DNA from: a virus
Lineage: Duplodnaviria; Caudoviricetes
Length of the DNA: 62,163 nt
Strand: one strand, 5' to 3'
IMG/VR virus record: IMGVR_UViG_3300013126_004346
Coordinates: 1 to 62,163 of that record
The position numbers were made by a program, and so were the translations under genes. This document shows, one piece after another, positions 57,171 to 62,163 of this stretch; within the stretch, counting starts at the first letter, position 1, and each line of letters starts with the position of its first letter. Below the pieces are notes generated by a model that was given only the letters and a program-made list of their open reading frames with translations, did not search any database and was not told the origin of the DNA.

Positions 57171-58315
57171 AATTAATAGAAACATACGCTGCAAATTCTG
57201 GACTTCAAATATCTAAACCATTTATATATGAAAAATATTTTCCACTACTTATAGAAAAATTTATAACAATTCATAAAGAAGTAAAATATCCTTCTAGACA
57301 ATATTTATATTGGCAAGAAGTAGTTGATATATTAGAACCAATACTATCAAAACAAAATATACAAATAGCTCAAATTGGAACAAACGAAGACAAACCTTTA
57401 AATGGCGTTTTCTCCTTATTAGGAAATACGACATTTAATCAACTTGCTTTCGTAATGAAAAACTCTTTGTTGCATGTAGGAGTAGATAGTTTTCCTGTTC
57501 ATTTAGCATCATTTTACGATAAGAATATAGTTTCTATATATTCAAATACAAATTCTAACAATATGGGTCCATATTGGGGAGATAAAAAAAAGCATATTCT
57601 AATTGAGGCGGATAGAAAAGGCAATAAGCCAACATATAGTTTTGATGAACATCCTAAAACCATTAATACAATAAAGCCAGAAGCCATATCTAAAGCAGTT
57701 CTAAATCTTTTAAATATAAAAAATGAAAAATTACCAAAAAGCATATATTTTGGAGAAAATTATCAAAATAAAACTTTAGAAATTATACCAGACCAACCAA
57801 TTGATCCAAATCAAATTCCAATTCCAAATATTATTGTAAGGATGGATTATCATTTTAATGAGGAAATTTTAGCTTTTTGGCTTCAGCATAAACAATGCAT
57901 TATTCTTACAAATAAGCCAATAAATATTGATCTACTTAATAATTTTAAAAATAATATATTACAAGTTATTTATATAATAGAAAAAGATAATGATTTTAAA
58001 TTTGTTAAAAGCTTGAAGAATAAAGGAATTCAATTTGGTATGATATCCTATATGGAAGCAGAAGAATTAAATGAATATAAAATAGATTACATGGATTATG
58101 GACTTATTATAGAAAGGAAGAAACAAACTAAAAACTCTGTAGATATTAAAAATATTAATAATCTTTATTATAAATCAAGCAAAATTTTATTATCAGGAAA
58201 AGGACAATTTATATCTAAATATCAATGGACAAATCAAATCGATAATAATAAAGTGGTTGATGACTCTTCATTTTGGGAAGATTTAGATACATATTATTTA
58301 TTTAAACTTGACTAA
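57167..58315 (+). CDS. GT9-like glycosyltransferase
   Basis: RQYLYW, AQIG, LHVGVDSFPVHLAS. Confidence 0.8.
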   Translation: MKLIETYAANSGLQISKPFIYEKYFPLLIEKFITIHKEVKYPSRQYLYWQEVVDILEPILSKQNIQIAQIGTNEDKPLNGVFSLLGNTTFNQLAFVMKNSLLHVGVDSFPVHLASFYDKNIVSIYSNTNSNNMGPYWGDKKKHILIEADRKGNKPTYSFDEHPKTINTIKPEAISKAVLNLLNIKNEKLPKSIYFGENYQNKTLEIIPDQPIDPNQIPIPNIIVRMDYHFNEEILAFWLQHKQCIILTNKPINIDLLNNFKNNILQVIYIIEKDNDFKFVKSLKNKGIQFGMISYMEAEELNEYKIDYMDYGLIIERKKQTKNSVDIKNINNLYYKSSKILLSGKGQFISKYQWTNQIDNNKVVDDSSFWEDLDTYYLFKLD

Positions 58316-58336
58316 AATTTAAATATGATTTATCAT
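58308..58336 (+). promoter_or_regulatory. sigma70-type promoter
   Basis: TTGACT-17 bp-TATCAT before ATG 58345. Confidence 0.6.
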
Positions 58337-58344
58337 TATAATTA

Positions 58345-59121
58345 ATGAGCGAAACAGAATCTACGGTAATATCTCCAAATATTTCATTTTTTACTAGTGA
58401 AAAAGATGAAGCTCCTTGCTTAAATTGTCCACCTAAAAATATTAAAAGAAATTCATACGGTCTTCTTGAAGACGAAAGCATTAAATATATCTTCAACGAA
58501 GATGGATCAATAAATTGGCGAGCTATGGTAAAATCGCAATATCTAGTACCAAATCGCCAAAGAACTCAAGAAACTGATATATCAAAATTAGAAGATAAAG
58601 ATCTTTTGATTTTATTAGGAGGAATTAAAGAATTAGCTCAAATAAGAGGATATACAGATGTAAGTTATAATGTAGTTTCGGCAACCGACTCTTATTTTGC
58701 TACTAGTTGTAAAATAACATGGACTCCTAATTATGAAACCCAAGGTCAAAAAGTAACTTTTGAAGCTTTAGCAGATGCCTCTATACAGAATACCAAAAGT
58801 TTTGCAAGATTCTTTTTAGCTGCAATTGCAGAAAATAGAGCTTTTGTTAGATGTGTAAGAAATTTTTTAAAAATTAATATTGTATCTCAAGAAGAACTAG
58901 GGGACGCTAAATTAATAGATGAATCTCCTTCTCAGGAAAATCCAACATCTCCACACGCTCTCTTAGATAAGATAATGAAAGAAAAAAATATATCATTTGA
59001 TAATCTAAAATCAAAACTTATAAAAGAAAAATTTGAAAATGCCGAAGCCGTGAAGAGCGTTCTAGATATACCAAAATCAAAAATATTTGAGCTAATAGAA
59101 AGAATTAAAAAAATAAATTAA
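58345..59121 (+). CDS. putative ssDNA-annealing protein (Rad52/ERF-like)
   Basis: LGGIKELAQIRG...ALADAS...AIAENRAFVRCVRNFLKI...EEL. Confidence 0.5.
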   Translation: MSETESTVISPNISFFTSEKDEAPCLNCPPKNIKRNSYGLLEDESIKYIFNEDGSINWRAMVKSQYLVPNRQRTQETDISKLEDKDLLILLGGIKELAQIRGYTDVSYNVVSATDSYFATSCKITWTPNYETQGQKVTFEALADASIQNTKSFARFFLAAIAENRAFVRCVRNFLKINIVSQEELGDAKLIDESPSQENPTSPHALLDKIMKEKNISFDNLKSKLIKEKFENAEAVKSVLDIPKSKIFELIERIKKIN

Positions 59122-60665
59122 ATAGTTTTTTTTCTATTACTATTAGGAATATCTTTTTCTTGGAAATAGACTTCTGCAGCGCCTCCTGGAGAAATAATTT
59201 CTTTTTTACTTGCATCCCTTCCGGCCCAATCTAAAACTGGAGGAATTTTTAAAGTTGCTGGAAATTTAATATCAAATTGAGAATTATCTACCGCGCCCCA
59301 TGGCGCAGCAAATGCGACAAATGTATTTTGAACAAATTCTATTGTCGGAGGCCTGAATGTATCTTCTTTAAATTGTACTGGATACATAGAAAATCCATAT
59401 TCTATATCTTTTTGAAAAGAAGGTTGATCTATTTCTTTTTGTTTTTCATTTTGCTCTAACGAAGCCAACTCTTCTTTCCATGGTATTAATAGTTCTCCTA
59501 CTGGTATTCCATCTCCATAATTAGAAGCTCCTTGTCCAACTGGCAAAAATAATTTGTCTAAAACTCCAGCTGTATAAACATATACAAATGGATAATATAC
59601 GGTATTTGTATGTCTTTTTTTTATATATTTATTAAAAATACCATTTTCTTTTCCTTTATAATCTTCTCGATCAAGAGTTGTTTTTTTCTTTTTTTTATCA
59701 TAAATAAAATTTGGTCTAAAGAAATAAGCGCTACAATCAATAAATATTCCTCTACCATAACCTTGAATATTTTTTTCTAAATTTTCTAAAAATTCTTTCT
59801 GATTCTCTCCTTGTTTATTTTTTATTTTTTTATCTATAGATTTTCTTGTAGCGAACCCCACATTTTCTTCTTCCAATTGTTTCTTGGCTTTTTTATAATA
59901 TGCCTCTACGGTTTTTTCTTTTATTTCTTTTTGTTTATTTAAATTAAAACTTAACGAAGAATTATTTGTTCTTGATGAAGCTAAAGAAAGCATATTTGTA
60001 ATTAAAGGGCCACCGGCCATTAAATGATTTGAATGAGTAAATTCTGCATTGCCAAAATCAGTATTAAGCTTATTATATTCTATTTGATTTACATAATTAG
60101 TAAATTTTAATGATCCTACTGTTATTTTATTTGCGGCTTTATCTTTTTCATCGATATCAAATTCAGGAGTTAAGACTCTTTGACCTAAAATTATAGAATT
60201 TTTGTTTTTATTTAAATAGCCTTTCTTTTTTATTCTAAAATTTCTAACATATCTTTGAGCATATTGAATTACATTTTTTCTAGCGGGAATACCTATCCGT
60301 TCAGCGGCAATGCCTAAAGCAATTCTAGACACAGGTATTTTAAATTTGTCTAAATCTTCTTCTTGTATAGGTTCTACTTTTAATTGAAATTCTCCTTGTG
60401 GATTAGGAGTTAAAGGAAATGGAGATTTTTTGTATCCAATGAATTGAAGTTTTAATTGAGATATTCCCCAAAATAACCTAGTAAAAGATATAACATCGTA
60501 TGGTATAAAATCAAATTTAAATATTCCAGCGCCCCTTCCATTTGCAATTTGCCAATATTTATATCCTAGTGGACTATTCGCATAAAGATCACCATTTATT
60601 GGTATGTTTCCAAATCTTATTGATCTATTAGAAGATCTTTGTAAAATTTTTGGATAATTTTTCAT
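59118..60665 (-). CDS. hypothetical protein, probably virion-associated
   Basis: 515 aa, coupled operon with the downstream-window genes. Confidence 0.65.
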   Translation of the reverse strand: MKNYPKILQRSSNRSIRFGNIPINGDLYANSPLGYKYWQIANGRGAGIFKFDFIPYDVISFTRLFWGISQLKLQFIGYKKSPFPLTPNPQGEFQLKVEPIQEEDLDKFKIPVSRIALGIAAERIGIPARKNVIQYAQRYVRNFRIKKKGYLNKNKNSIILGQRVLTPEFDIDEKDKAANKITVGSLKFTNYVNQIEYNKLNTDFGNAEFTHSNHLMAGGPLITNMLSLASSRTNNSSLSFNLNKQKEIKEKTVEAYYKKAKKQLEEENVGFATRKSIDKKIKNKQGENQKEFLENLEKNIQGYGRGIFIDCSAYFFRPNFIYDKKKKKTTLDREDYKGKENGIFNKYIKKRHTNTVYYPFVYVYTAGVLDKLFLPVGQGASNYGDGIPVGELLIPWKEELASLEQNEKQKEIDQPSFQKDIEYGFSMYPVQFKEDTFRPPTIEFVQNTFVAFAAPWGAVDNSQFDIKFPATLKIPPVLDWAGRDASKKEIISPGGAAEVYFQEKDIPNSNRKKTI

Positions 60666-61375
60666 TTTTTATCATCTTCTTTTAATTTAAAATCTGGTGG
60701 AAAATATAAATATGTTCCACCAAAAAATGGAATACCATAAGTTATTGGATATCCATCATAATTAAATAATTGTAAAATAATATTGTCTTTTACAATTTGC
60801 ACTAAAGTCTGATTTATATTTTGTCCCCCAATTGTAAAATTAGCGCTTTTACCTTTTAAATTAATATTAGGAGAAAAATAAGCCAATGGTATATATGCGT
60901 ATTTTTGTCTTCTTGGTAAAGTACTATCTTTTATAGAACCGTCATTATCATATTCAAGTTTTGGTTCAAAACCAATTAATTCTGGAAAATCTCTCCAAGC
61001 TGGTTCTGTAGATTTTGGATTACTTTTTGCAGATTCTGGACCTACTTTTATTTCTGCATTTTTTACAGTCAAATTTGTTTCAATTTCTAATTCAATATAG
61101 ACTATAGAATTTGGGCCCGCTTCAATTTCTTCTCCTAATTTTTTTATTATATGTCTATCAGTATTTTTTTCTTCAGCTTTTATCAAGCTTTCTGTTTCTT
61201 TATCTAAATATTCTTGAGCTATCATTATATCTTTCATATTAAAAGATTTATATATAACAGAATCTTTATTTACTACTATTAGCGTTTTGCCTTTGTCATC
61301 TAATTTAATTTCAACATCAAATGGTGTTGCTATTGTTACTGGAGAACCTACGCTGACAGATTTTCTTATAGACAT
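60662..61375 (-). CDS. hypothetical protein, probably virion-associated
   Basis: 237 aa; ATGA overlap. Confidence 0.65.
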   Translation of the reverse strand: MSIRKSVSVGSPVTIATPFDVEIKLDDKGKTLIVVNKDSVIYKSFNMKDIMIAQEYLDKETESLIKAEEKNTDRHIIKKLGEEIEAGPNSIVYIELEIETNLTVKNAEIKVGPESAKSNPKSTEPAWRDFPELIGFEPKLEYDNDGSIKDSTLPRRQKYAYIPLAYFSPNINLKGKSANFTIGGQNINQTLVQIVKDNIILQLFNYDGYPITYGIPFFGGTYLYFPPDFKLKEDDKK

Positions 61376-61376
61376 A

Positions 61377-62163
61377 TTAATTTACTCCAAATCTATCTCC
61401 GGTAGGAGGAATTATTGGGGTGTTTAATTCTGTATTACCGGTTAGTATTATATTATAACTAAATCCAGATAAACCACTATTTAAATTTATATTTAATAAT
61501 GCTAGATCTGTACTTTGAAAATCTGGTTGATTTGTATAACTTACTGCAAATCTTTTTATATTAACTAAATTAGTTGAAAATCCAGTATAATTTGTAAAAA
61601 TACCGCTTTCATTAAAATATCCTGTATTTTTAATATTAGTAAAAGATAAATCATTTAATTCATATAAATCCCATAAACCAGTAAATGGTCGATATCCTAA
61701 TAATCCAGTTATTTCTTTTTCTATTGTCCCAGTTATTAATTTTTCAAAATATCCAGTTATAAACATTCCAGTAGTTAAATTTCCTGTAAAAATAACTCCT
61801 GATAATGGAGTTATTTGGACATTAAAGTTTTGTCCACCGGTAAAAAATTCATTTTCTAAAAATGGTGCATTTCTTGAGCCTTGAGAAATTATTCTAAAAT
61901 TATTTCCTAACTCTCCAGAAATTAACGATTCTAGCATTAAACGTTCTTTTAAATTTATATAATTAACATATCCTGCATTCCCTAGTCCATCTATAGTCGC
62001 TCCATAAGCACCAGCAAATAACGCATCTCCATTGTTATTTAAAGATACTGCAGCGCCAAAGCTCTCTCCACCTATAGGATTATATTTTGTATCGTCTCCT
62101 GTAAAAATTAATATTTGAGACCAACTATTTCCACCTCCAGTGAAGATGTAAACTGCTCCTGCA
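61377..62163 (-). CDS. FG-GAP repeat (beta-propeller) virion/tail protein, 5' part outside the window
   Basis: The frame stays open upstream of the track start to the window edge: AGAVYIFTGGGNSWSQ...FGAAVSLNNNGDALFAGAYG...AGYV, followed by TG-rich sequence. Confidence 0.75.
   Translation of the reverse strand, partial: AGAVYIFTGGGNSWSQILIFTGDDTKYNPIGGESFGAAVSLNNNGDALFAGAYGATIDGLGNAGYVNYINLKERLMLESLISGELGNNFRIISQGSRNAPFLENEFFTGGQNFNVQITPLSGVIFTGNLTTGMFITGYFEKLITGTIEKEITGLLGYRPFTGLWDLYELNDLSFTNIKNTGYFNESGIFTNYTGFSTNLVNIKRFAVSYTNQPDFQSTDLALLNINLNSGLSGFSYNIILTGNTELNTPIIPPTGDRFGVN

Noticed and set aside
563-59459. Short opposite-strand or nested track ORFs (e.g. 563, 1334, 2847, 7862, 8615, 9684, 16187, 20526, 23346, 25274, 28136, 44699, 46347, 57514, 59277)
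   Set aside because: They lie wholly or largely within well-supported genes and show no motifs; they are expected by chance.
1-62163. Stop-codon reassignment (alternative genetic code)
   Set aside because: Long conserved genes are intact in the standard code, and TAA, TAG and TGA all terminate tightly packed genes.

Overview
This is a very AT-rich, densely coding segment of a large dsDNA bacteriophage genome, read in the standard genetic code with few Shine-Dalgarno sites. From left to right it holds: (i) an rIIA-like gene, ATP-dependent DNA ligase, UV-damage endonuclease and a phage sigma factor; (ii) a nucleotide-metabolism block (IMPDH/GMP reductase, PurA, dCMP deaminase, dNMP kinase, class Ia nrdAB); (iii) a tmRNA with a long tag, followed by an HNH-like gene; (iv) an approximately 17-kb nucleotide-sugar/glycosyltransferase island; (v) a bacterial-type replisome (RecA-like, DnaB, DnaG, ThyX, Cas4-like nuclease, Pol III split into PHP, exonuclease and polymerase genes); (vi) probable virion genes. 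The most unusual signals are non-coding. The first is a complete group I ribozyme core (18172-18405, minus strand) that interrupts no visible gene, has no upstream P1/5' exon, and sits behind the same TGTAA-N8/9-boxA leader as the tmRNA; it may be a trans-splicing or circularly permuted ribozyme. The second is an approximately 280-nt RNA upstream of nrdA with mutually exclusive helices (24280-24560). A recurrent GTGTAA-N8-start motif suggests a phage-sigma promoter that makes leaderless mRNAs. Family names come from motif recognition by eye, not from database searches.
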